A stretch of DNA of 64,000 bases from Bdellovibrionota bacterium FG-2 (lineage in GTDB: Bacteria > Bdellovibrionota > UBA1018), in contig JBBCAV010000153.1 in assembly GCA_051382305.1 (NCBI GenBank), forward strand, positions 11,387-75,386, in the 5' to 3' direction. The notes below the pieces were generated by a model. The model was not told where the DNA came from, made no database searches, and saw only the letters and a list, made by a program, of their open reading frames with translations. This document shows positions 55,872 through 64,000 of this stretch, piece after piece; position 1 is the first letter of the stretch; each line of letters starts with the position of its first letter. Both the position numbers and the translations under genes were made by a program.

Positions 55872-56869
55872 CAGGCAACTCGCCCCTTTGGGCGCCCGAT
55901 AGGCAACCCTTTCAAGAAGTCTGGTATCTCAAACTCAACGATCCAAGTGCTCAACGCGCCCTTTGGCTCCGATTCACTCTTCTTGTGAGCCACAACGGAT
56001 TCAAACGGATTGCGGAGGTTTGGGCGATCTTTTTTCAGCGCGGCCTCACCAAGGATATTTCAAAAATCGCTTTGAAACAAACCTTCAGCATCGAGAACTT
56101 TGCAAATAACCCCAGTAGCACTGGAATTCAAATCGCGCAATCTGAGCTGACCTCCTCTCTCACCAAGGGTGCGATTCAATCCAAAGGCAATTCGATCGAA
56201 TGGGACTTAAAAATCTCTTCGGCTCAGGATTACTCATTTAATATGGTGCCCGAAACGCTCTCAAGACTCAAAGTCGTCAAGAACACGGCCGTAACCGTCG
56301 CAGAGGATCTGCGTTTCACCGGTACTTCAAAAATCAACGGAGAAACGGTTTCTTGGAATCAAGCCCCTGGAATGCAAGGCCACTTAAGCGGCCCCAAAAA
56401 CGGTCATTCCTGGACCTGGGGACACTGCAACTGTTTCACAGATGAAAAGGGCAATGCAGTTCCCTTTGTTTTTGACGGCCTGACAGCGCGCGCGCAAGTC
56501 GCCGGAGCGCCCACCCCTTGGCTTTCGACTTTCTTTTTCCTTTATCGCGGGACACCCTATCGCTTCAACACCCTTTGGGACGCGCTACGGGTACGTTCCT
56601 CTCACTCCCATACCGAATGGAGCTTTCAGGCAGATCGAGGAGAACTCTCTTTCCGAGGGGAAGCCAAAGCAGAACACAAAGATTTTGCGGGAGTCACCTA
56701 CGAAGATACTAACGGGTCCTTACTCTATTGCGCCAACTCCAAACTTTCGAACATGAAGATTCACGTTTATCGGAGGGGAAAACTTGAATCTACTTTTGTT
56801 TCAAACGGCAATGCGGCCTTTGAAGTCGTATCGCGGGAAAAGAACCCATACGTTCCTATCTTGATCTGA
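55868..56869 (+). CDS. tocopherol cyclase/CrtC-like beta-barrel protein
   Basis: EVWY, LWLRFT and GMQGH..G......W.WGHC pattern. Confidence 0.6.
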   Translation: MTGNSPLWAPDRQPFQEVWYLKLNDPSAQRALWLRFTLLVSHNGFKRIAEVWAIFFQRGLTKDISKIALKQTFSIENFANNPSSTGIQIAQSELTSSLTKGAIQSKGNSIEWDLKISSAQDYSFNMVPETLSRLKVVKNTAVTVAEDLRFTGTSKINGETVSWNQAPGMQGHLSGPKNGHSWTWGHCNCFTDEKGNAVPFVFDGLTARAQVAGAPTPWLSTFFFLYRGTPYRFNTLWDALRVRSSHSHTEWSFQADRGELSFRGEAKAEHKDFAGVTYEDTNGSLLYCANSKLSNMKIHVYRRGKLESTFVSNGNAAFEVVSREKNPYVPILI

Positions 56870-56960
56870 GCCGGAAAAATCCAAGGTTTCCCGCCCAACA
56901 AAATTGAAAACAGGACCACACGAAGCGCCCACGCAATGAGAGAATAGTTCATAATAATTT

Positions 56961-57980
56961 TTAGTGAGAAACCTCCCTTGCTGTAATCCAAAGCCCGAAA
57001 ATTAAAAGACCAATCAGCGAAGGTGCGACAAACAAAAACAAAGGTTTGAGCGCGCGGGTGGCGAGCAAAGACAGCTCCCGAGAAACGTGGGAGCGCAAAT
57101 CCTCGCGTAGAGAGATCAAAACGGATTCCACTCGCTCCACACAAGACCGACCTTCCATCAAACTCACCTGAATCCCCCGCTTAAGCGCAGCCCCTGCCTG
57201 CGCAATGGACTTCTCACAAAGCCCTTCGCGCCCAAACCCGGTCTCCCCTTTAGATGAGGCGCTCCAAAGCGAATTTCCCCACACAAGCGCCAAAGGCGGC
57301 GCCTGATCTCGCAAGAGGTTCAACGTTTCATTCCAAGCCAAATCCGGGGGAGAGCCCGACCGCACCAACGATAAAAAGCGCTCCCCTCCACATTGAGCAG
57401 CCAAGACCCACGTGCGTTTTTCACTTGTGAGCCCACCCCAGCGTGCGGCATCGGCCATCTTGAGCATCCAAAAGGCGCCCACGAGCGAAAACATGATGGA
57501 GACAATCCCTGCCATCAACCATAGCCACGGATGTGCGGAAACCCCCGGAAGAATCAAAAAGAGAATACTCCCAAACACCGGGACCAAGACGACCGAAAAT
57601 CCCGCTTGCATGATGGCCTGCGCAGAACGCCCCTGGGCCTCCCCTAGGTCCGCTTGATTCTGGACGGCTAGCGCTCTAAAGCGTTTAAGGGTCGGCAAAA
57701 TGGGAGCACCGTTTCGGCGCAGTTCAATGAGGCTCTGCGAGGAGAGCCGCCCCCAGGGGGCCGGTAGTTGTCCAAGTCTGGCCCATTGACCATCGGTGGG
57801 CACCAAACCGGATTCAAAACAGTCTTCGATTTCTAGGAGCATATCCACAACGTCCGCGAGCCGTTTCTTTTCTCGGCGAAAGGACATGAGCGATACCGAT
57901 CCGGGATCCGGACAAAGCGCCGCAAAAAGAGACCTAATTCCACAAAAAAACCCGAAAATCGCAACAATCCACAAGAGCAT
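56961..57980 (-). CDS. TadB/TadC-like (T2SS F-domain) membrane protein
   Basis: ESG..P, RRNGAPILPTL, TM pair, then a second RSG.PP...EG....ERV...KPLF.FVAP half; next to tadA. Confidence 0.65.
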   Translation of the reverse strand: MLLWIVAIFGFFCGIRSLFAALCPDPGSVSLMSFRREKKRLADVVDMLLEIEDCFESGLVPTDGQWARLGQLPAPWGRLSSQSLIELRRNGAPILPTLKRFRALAVQNQADLGEAQGRSAQAIMQAGFSVVLVPVFGSILFLILPGVSAHPWLWLMAGIVSIMFSLVGAFWMLKMADAARWGGLTSEKRTWVLAAQCGGERFLSLVRSGSPPDLAWNETLNLLRDQAPPLALVWGNSLWSASSKGETGFGREGLCEKSIAQAGAALKRGIQVSLMEGRSCVERVESVLISLREDLRSHVSRELSLLATRALKPLFLFVAPSLIGLLIFGLWITAREVSH

Positions 57981-58025
57981 GGTTCGGGCAAAAGCAAAAA
58001 ATGGGCCTAAAGCTCTACCATCAAC

Positions 58026-58256
58026 CTATGGGTCTAGAAAAACGATCATCTCCCCTAGCTCCGCAAGCAAACTATTTACCTCGTCCAGAAAATCCGGCGG
58101 AATCCGCAACTCCAAATCCCGGTGCGCGTCGCCAGATTTAAAATCCAAGGTCGAATAACTGCAAATCCCCTCCTGGGCTTCCATAATAAAATAGACAAAG
58201 GCTGAGTCTTCACTCCGAACCCGAATATTTTTGAAAATCGATCTTTGGGGCTGCAC
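58026..58256 (-). CDS. DUF4911-like small protein
   Basis: AFVYFIMEAQEGIC.YSTLD pattern. Confidence 0.65.
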   Translation of the reverse strand: MQPQRSIFKNIRVRSEDSAFVYFIMEAQEGICSYSTLDFKSGDAHRDLELRIPPDFLDEVNSLLAELGEMIVFLDP

Positions 58257-58339
58257 CTCGTCATTCGTACACCGTAAGCTCCATGAAATACCAACAAAAA
58301 CTAGTTGCCCGCGTGCAAGAGTCAACTTACCATTAAGAG

Positions 58340-59176
58340 GTGACCCACCTGCAACTTAAGGCTGCGACTGTGTGTTTGATGCTAACGAGCTGTGCCTGGG
58401 GGCGGCCCACGGTCAAACCGCAGGCTGAAGCTCCGATTGTGCCCGCCAAGCAAGCTGTCGTATCATCTGTGTTATCATCGGCGATTGATTCCCCACCCGC
58501 ACCTCAGAAAAACGAAACGGTCAAGCCCCAGAACACAGAAGAGCTCGCCCGGCAGATCGACGCTCTCACTCGTAAAGTCGAAGCGCTGGAATCAAAACTT
58601 GCCACCGCAGAACCCGCAAAGTCGGTGACCTCCGTCGCCGTGACTCCGAAAACGGTCGAGCACATCGGCTCTGCCCTAACAACTGCTCCAAGCCGATCGG
58701 ATCCAGAAGCGGGCTTCATCAACGATGCCGCTGTCAAAGATTTTCGGGCTGCAAAAGTTTTATTTGATGCAAAAAAGCATACCGAAGCCGTGCTCGCATT
58801 CTCAAATTTCTTGGAAAAATACCCCGATCACGCCTTAGCTGGCTCCGCACAGTTTTACATCGGCGTGAGTTACAGCAACCAAAACGAACCCAAGCTTGCA
58901 CTCCATGAACTCGAGCGCGTCCTAACCTCCTATGACCGTAGTGTCCCGGTCGCAGAGACGTTGCGTCGCATGGCAGAGCTGGAAGATTCGCTCAAGCTTA
59001 CCGCAGATGCCCAAAAACATCGCCAATTGCTCAATTCCCTTTTTGCGCAGTCACCCGCCGCCGCAACAACGGCCGCGAATACTCAAAGCAAGCCGGCTGC
59101 AAATCCCTCGCTCGACGAACCGCCCCCACCGACGGCTCCGATTCCTCAAACCCCCACGGAGGGTAAATCCCACTAA
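58340..59176 (+). CDS. cpoB: Tol-Pal associated TPR protein (CpoB/YbgF-like)
   Basis: lipoprotein-like signal, coiled coil, F..FLEKYPDH.LAGSAQFYIG TPRs. Confidence 0.8.
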   Translation: MTHLQLKAATVCLMLTSCAWGRPTVKPQAEAPIVPAKQAVVSSVLSSAIDSPPAPQKNETVKPQNTEELARQIDALTRKVEALESKLATAEPAKSVTSVAVTPKTVEHIGSALTTAPSRSDPEAGFINDAAVKDFRAAKVLFDAKKHTEAVLAFSNFLEKYPDHALAGSAQFYIGVSYSNQNEPKLALHELERVLTSYDRSVPVAETLRRMAELEDSLKLTADAQKHRQLLNSLFAQSPAAATTAANTQSKPAANPSLDEPPPPTAPIPQTPTEGKSH

Positions 59177-59178
59177 TC

Positions 59179-60813
59179 ATGAGTGGCACCCCATTGCATT
59201 TACGCAGCTTGATTACCTCATTCGTTATTGCTAGCGCTAGTGTCGCGTCCGCTGCACCCACCCCAACTCTGAAACCCATTACGGATGAAAGTTGGAAAAA
59301 CGTTGCGGGCGATAAACTCTCTGAAAAGTATGTGATCACCAAAGGCGACACTCTTTACGATATTTCAAAGCGCCTATTCGGCGACGCAAAGTATTGGCCC
59401 AAGATTTGGGCGCTCAACAACGACACGGTTTCAAATCCACACCTCATTTTTCCAGGAAAACAGCTCATATTTATTCCTGGCACAGGCACCTCACTTCCCC
59501 AACTTACCGTATCCGACGCCGGATCGACCGGGGGGATGTTACCCGACAAATTATCCGATAAACCTACCGGTAAATTGACCAAGATTCGCTCGGAAGAATG
59601 GAGAAACCTCGCCCACCAGCCTTGGGAGACTTACGAAACCCAGCTTCCACCGGATGTCGATGCCCTGGGTTTTGACAAGAGTGCGAAAATTCATTTTGGC
59701 AAATCTGTCCTCATGGAACTCCCCGCTGTTGCAGAGTCCGAGAAGCGGCAAATCTTGGGCGAGATCACGGGCGCGCGCAGTGAATCCACTTTTCTGGTTC
59801 TAAACGACACGGTCTACATTCGCGCAGAACAAGAGCTTCAAGTGGGACAAACCTACGCCCTTACGGACACCCCCGAAAAGCTCAAAGCCGGCAAGTCTGA
59901 TCGCGTGGGATATTCGTATGCGATCTTGGGCAAAGTCGAGATCAAAGGGGTTCGCGATGGCGTTTTTGTAGGCAAGATCGTTTCAAACCGTACACCCATT
60001 GCCCGCGGCGCGCTGCTCATGCCTCCCGTGCCCCGAGTCCCAGAGCCACAGCCAATCGCCGGCACCGCCTCGATGCAAGGTGTGATCATGGTGGACCCTA
60101 ATTCTTCCACTACGACGGTCGCGCAACACAAAATTGTATTTGTTGATCGCGGAGCCGACGACGGCATCAAGCCCGGAATGGTCTTTCGCGCCTATGCCCA
60201 TCGGGACCCCGGAACCGACGAAAAAGTCACCTCCTCAGATTTTATCGTAAATGCCGATCTTATTGTCCTTCACGTGACCGAGCGATTCTCCACAGCGCTC
60301 GTGCTGGATAGCTCTGTTCCCGTCCTCATGAATTCCCCGGTGGTTCTCCTCACCGACGTTTCAGATCTTAAAAAATCTCGAGACCTTCATGAAAAAGCGC
60401 CCGTTTTGGATGAACATGAAAAAGAACTCGACGAGCTTGATCGTCTAGACAAAGGCGACGGTTTAGGAAAAGAAGAAGAAAAAGAACTCAAGCAGCTTGA
60501 GGAATGGAAAGGTCCCGCGCCCGAAGAGGGAGCCCCTCCTCCTACCGCAGAGCCTCAGCCGCAGCCAGAGACACAGAAAGCGCCAGATAAGGGACCAGAA
60601 CAGGAACCAGAAAAGAACCCCGGCAAAGATTCTGAATTGGACTCAACTCTCGATGAGCTCCCTCCGCCTCCTCCTGCCCCTGGCACTGCGGAGCCCGTCC
60701 CCGCCGCGCCGCCAGAATCGAAGGACGCCCCAAAAACGCCGCCCCCAGTTGCGGAGCCCGGTGCAGCGGAGCCACTAGACGAGCTTCCACCTCCGCCGCC
60801 GCCAGTAGATTAG
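59179..60813 (+). CDS. LysM peptidoglycan-binding protein with acidic/Pro-rich tail
   Basis: YVITKGDTLYDIS...YWPKIWALN...NPHLIFPG. Confidence 0.88.
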   Translation: MSGTPLHLRSLITSFVIASASVASAAPTPTLKPITDESWKNVAGDKLSEKYVITKGDTLYDISKRLFGDAKYWPKIWALNNDTVSNPHLIFPGKQLIFIPGTGTSLPQLTVSDAGSTGGMLPDKLSDKPTGKLTKIRSEEWRNLAHQPWETYETQLPPDVDALGFDKSAKIHFGKSVLMELPAVAESEKRQILGEITGARSESTFLVLNDTVYIRAEQELQVGQTYALTDTPEKLKAGKSDRVGYSYAILGKVEIKGVRDGVFVGKIVSNRTPIARGALLMPPVPRVPEPQPIAGTASMQGVIMVDPNSSTTTVAQHKIVFVDRGADDGIKPGMVFRAYAHRDPGTDEKVTSSDFIVNADLIVLHVTERFSTALVLDSSVPVLMNSPVVLLTDVSDLKKSRDLHEKAPVLDEHEKELDELDRLDKGDGLGKEEEKELKQLEEWKGPAPEEGAPPPTAEPQPQPETQKAPDKGPEQEPEKNPGKDSELDSTLDELPPPPPAPGTAEPVPAAPPESKDAPKTPPPVAEPGAAEPLDELPPPPPPVD

Positions 60814-60819
60814 GAACAA

Positions 60820-61425
60820 CTAATACAGCGGAACGCTCACTCCCACCGCGATCACTTCGTGGCTCACTTCTGCACGCCAAACTAAAAAGTCATTGAAGCG
60901 TCTAAAAAGTCCAACGCCAAAGCGTGGAAACATCAAATTACTACCATTGACCACATCACCGCCCACGCCACCAAAAGAGAAAAAGGTCCAATCCGAATCT
61001 TTCAAAAAATCCCAGCGCAAATGAAGGCTATAAACGAACGCCGAAAACGGGGATGCAAACACTCCGCCAAGTTCTGTCTCAATCGAAGCTTGGTCATTGA
61101 TATCCTCGATAAAGCCATGCGGCAAAATCATCTTACTAAAGCTTCCCATGAGCGCAAAGCCAGGCTCGCCACGTACGATCCCCAATCCCGCATGCGCCCC
61201 AGCATGAACGATGGCCGCATCCGGGTTCCCCTTCCAATCTTTAGCAGGCTCACCGGGCTCCGCGGTAGGATAGGACGTCTTAGGCGCGGTCCGAGACGAA
61301 GGGGCAGACGTCGACGCGGGGGCGGGGGCCTTCTGCAGGGGTTGAGCGGCATAACCTGATTGCAAATACAGCACACCACTCAAAACAACGAATCCTTTAA
61401 CAAGAGTAACAAGAGCAGACTTCAT
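60820..61425 (-). CDS. putative outer-membrane beta-barrel protein
   Basis: AAGGAG RBS, signal peptide, amphipathic beta-strands. Confidence 0.6.
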   Translation of the reverse strand: MKSALVTLVKGFVVLSGVLYLQSGYAAQPLQKAPAPASTSAPSSRTAPKTSYPTAEPGEPAKDWKGNPDAAIVHAGAHAGLGIVRGEPGFALMGSFSKMILPHGFIEDINDQASIETELGGVFASPFSAFVYSLHLRWDFLKDSDWTFFSFGGVGGDVVNGSNLMFPRFGVGLFRRFNDFLVWRAEVSHEVIAVGVSVPLY

Positions 61426-61463
61426 AAAATTTTCTCCTTTTTCCCAAAACCTATTTTAAAACC

Positions 61464-62069
61464 CTACACGCGTTCCAATTGCCCTAACCGGTCTAAGATA
61501 TTTCTCAACATCGAACCCGTGGCACCCCAAATTCGATGCTCGCCCACCTGAAACACATGCGTAGGATAACGAATACTCCCCACACTCACAAACTCTTTGC
61601 GATAAGTATCTCGCGCCTGCAATTTCGAGAGTGGAACCCAAAAAACGTCGGCGATCTCCGCGCGACTGGGAGTCAAAACAATCTCCTGAATCGGCACTGT
61701 CAAGACCCCGACCACAGGAGTCACCCAAAACCCGGTAATTGTCCACAGTTTGGGTAATATCCCCAGGATTTCGACCTGCGAGGGAGCAATCCCGACCTCT
61801 TCGTGGGTTTCTCGCAGGGCAGCATAAATTTCTCCTGGAGCCCCGATCTCATTTTGCTCACACTTGCCGCCCGGGAAAGCCATTTGACCCTTATGGGTTT
61901 CGACCGACTCCGCCCGACGAGTGATTAAGATCTGCGCCTCGCCCCCCAGACCAAAGAGGACCAACACGGCCGCGGGGGTCCCTCCCTCCATTTGTGGCCG
62001 CTCGGGATAAGGCAAAACCAGTTCCAGGCTGGAGCGAAGCTTATGTTTGAAATCTTCTCGAAAATCCAA
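61464..62069 (-). CDS. Nudix CoA pyrophosphatase (NudL-like)
   Basis: AAVL, TRRA....HKGQMAFPGG, ALRETHEEVG, IWGATG. Confidence 0.9.
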   Translation of the reverse strand: MDFREDFKHKLRSSLELVLPYPERPQMEGGTPAAVLVLFGLGGEAQILITRRAESVETHKGQMAFPGGKCEQNEIGAPGEIYAALRETHEEVGIAPSQVEILGILPKLWTITGFWVTPVVGVLTVPIQEIVLTPSRAEIADVFWVPLSKLQARDTYRKEFVSVGSIRYPTHVFQVGEHRIWGATGSMLRNILDRLGQLERV

Positions 62070-62071
62070 GC

Positions 62072-63376
62072 TTATTTCCCTCTTAGCTCAATTCCATAAC
62101 GTTGCGCTTTTCGATAAAGCGTCGCGCGATCAATGCCCAAAACCTCGGAAGCCCGAGATTTATTGTAATTCACATCCTGTAAAACCTTTAAGATATGGGC
62201 CCGCTCGATGTCTTCTAATGAGCTCAGCGGTCCTGCCACAGGGACCTGTGTCTTGACAATCTCCGAGGGAAAATCCTCAGGAAAAAGCACGGTGGAATTC
62301 GTCAATGCCACGGCCCGTTCAATGACATGCTCAAGCTCTCGTACGTTTCCAGGCCAGGCGTAGGATCGAAGCAAGGCCAGCGCATCGTCAGAAACATGCG
62401 AAACCGGTTTGCGATTCTTTTTCGAAAAAACGGCCAAAAAATGCCCCACAAGTTCCGGCAAATCTTCCAACCGTTCCCGCAAGGGCGGAATCTCTATCGA
62501 AATCACCTTCAACCGATAATACAGATCATCACGAAACCGCCCCGACTTGACAAAGCCCTCAAGATCTTGATGAGTCGCTGCGACCACTCGAAAGTCTACC
62601 CCATGAGGGCGAATATCTTGATCTTGAAGAACCCTAAGTAACTTCACCTGCAAACCCTGGGGCAGCGCTCCGACCTCGTCTAAAAACAAAGTTCCGCCAG
62701 CGGCATCCTTAAAAAGCTCATTTTCCAGCAAATTTTCAGAAAGGGCGCCACAATCAACAACCACAAAAGCCTTCCCTCGGCGCATGCTGTTTTCATGAAT
62801 CGCACGCGCCACGCGCTCTTTGCCCGTCCCCGTCTCACCTAACAAAAGGACACTACTCGTGGCCATTGCAGCGCGTGCCAACGTCTTGTAGACCTCGACA
62901 ATTTTTGGCGATTTTCCAATGAGACCTCGCTCCGCAGACTCGATCACCGGGAGCGTTTTGCGATTCTTGGAATCCAATTCATTTGCCTGTTGTAACAGCT
63001 CCCACTGTTTAACTCCGCGAAGCACGAGGGACCGCAGATCATCTATTTTGAAAGGCTTACTAACGTAATCAAAAGCGCCGTGCTGAATCGCATCGATTGC
63101 ACCTTCCATGCTCCCAAAACCCGTCATCAATATGACGATAGTTGAAGCCGCCTTCTTTTTCGTGGCCCTCAATACGGCCATTCCATCTAACTCGAGCATG
63201 CGAATATCAGACAGCACCATCGCGAAGACTTCTTCACCGATCCGTTTCAGGGCTTCTTCACCACTTGCGGCAAGTTTGATGGAATAACCTTCCTGCACAA
63301 GGACTTCGCGCAAAAGGTTACGTGTCACCTCATCGTCGTCAACCACCAAGATTTTGATCCGCGTATTATCCTTCAT
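62072..63376 (-). CDS. NtrC-like response regulator lacking the GAFTGA loop
   Basis: REC domain, GETGTGKE, ENELF-KDAAGGTLFLDE, WPGNVREL, HTH. Confidence 0.9.
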   Translation of the reverse strand: MKDNTRIKILVVDDDEVTRNLLREVLVQEGYSIKLAASGEEALKRIGEEVFAMVLSDIRMLELDGMAVLRATKKKAASTIVILMTGFGSMEGAIDAIQHGAFDYVSKPFKIDDLRSLVLRGVKQWELLQQANELDSKNRKTLPVIESAERGLIGKSPKIVEVYKTLARAAMATSSVLLLGETGTGKERVARAIHENSMRRGKAFVVVDCGALSENLLENELFKDAAGGTLFLDEVGALPQGLQVKLLRVLQDQDIRPHGVDFRVVAATHQDLEGFVKSGRFRDDLYYRLKVISIEIPPLRERLEDLPELVGHFLAVFSKKNRKPVSHVSDDALALLRSYAWPGNVRELEHVIERAVALTNSTVLFPEDFPSEIVKTQVPVAGPLSSLEDIERAHILKVLQDVNYNKSRASEVLGIDRATLYRKAQRYGIELRGK

Positions 63377-64000
63377 TAATCCCTCGATAAGGAAGTCTCA
63401 CCACCACCCGCGTCCAAGAGCCCTCTCGTGAATCCAACTCCAGCGTCCCGCCATACTTCTGCGCGAGCTGTTTGCAAATCGTTAGACCCAAGCCCGTTCC
63501 CTGTTCAGGTCGCTTGGTCGTGAAAAAAGGCTTCAAGACGTTTCCCAAATCGGACTTTTTTATTCCCTCACCTGTATCATAAACCCTCAACTCTGCCCAC
63601 TCCTGCCCCCCTTCGCGCTGTAGATGGGAGGAAACCTCGACCAAAAGCTTGGTACGCTCACGCCGCTGCGCTTTAGCGCCTAAGCTATCCAATGAATTAT
63701 TGAGCAGATTTAAAAGAATCTGCTCCAAATCCATCGGTACCACTCGCAAAGGCCCCAAGGTTCGATCTAATTTCCTCCGAATTTCCACCCCCATGGAGTC
63801 GACCCGAGGGCCAATGATTCCAACCGACTTTTCAGCGATTAGATTAAGATCCACGAGTTGCGTTTGAGAAACCGGCTTCGCCGAGCGCTGAAGAAAACCT
63901 TTTACGATCAGAGCAATTTTTTCGACCTGCCCATTAATCAAATCGAACCGCTCTGGAGTTGCAGAAGGCAAGACGACACCCGAGCGAACCACTTCCTCCC
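63366..64000 (-). CDS. sensor histidine kinase, C-terminal part (truncated by window edge)
   Basis: NLLNNSLD, DTGEGI, FFTTK and GTGLGL boxes. Confidence 0.88.
   Translation of the reverse strand, partial: EEVVRSGVVLPSATPERFDLINGQVEKIALIVKGFLQRSAKPVSQTQLVDLNLIAEKSVGIIGPRVDSMGVEIRRKLDRTLGPLRVVPMDLEQILLNLLNNSLDSLGAKAQRRERTKLLVEVSSHLQREGGQEWAELRVYDTGEGIKKSDLGNVLKPFFTTKRPEQGTGLGLTICKQLAQKYGGTLELDSREGSWTRVVVRLPYRGINEG

Overview
Bacterial chromosomal window, roughly 50% GC by eye. The gene mix (many secreted hypotheticals, Tad pilus genes, HDOD protein, DUF4911-cpoB-LysM block, TonB-C protein, sigma54 and sigma28 motifs) suggests a Bdellovibrionota/Oligoflexia-like predator; this is an inference. 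Housekeeping and metabolic genes: OPT transporter, ABC-F, rnr, DHS-like synthase, polX, a moaA-moaC-moeA-moaD-moaE-mobA operon with a Moco RNA leader, mnmA, tRNA-Val(GAC), GST, acyl-CoA dehydrogenase, SDR, Nudix hydrolase and two two-component systems. Many accessory genes are decayed by in-frame TAA codons, frameshifts or internal deletions. Highlights: (1) an ORF-less sigma54 transcription unit at 36.2-36.4 kb predicted to make a ~115-nt highly paired RNA, whose unpaired loop is complementary to the Shine-Dalgarno of a secreted hydrolase gene 1 kb away; (2) an Xre-HTH + nucleotidyltransferase pair with a promoter/operator palindrome, resembling a toxin-antitoxin or defence module; (3) a dead IS110/IS1111-like element with subterminal inverted repeats and a structured 3' non-coding region (candidate bridge/seek RNA); (4) a fragmented ~750-codon secreted ADP-ribosyltransferase toxin next to the tRNA; (5) a MoaC-MogA-molybdate transporter deletion fusion and a GAFTGA-less enhancer-binding protein. 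No CRISPR array or rRNA was seen. All family calls come from motif recognition by eye, not database searches.
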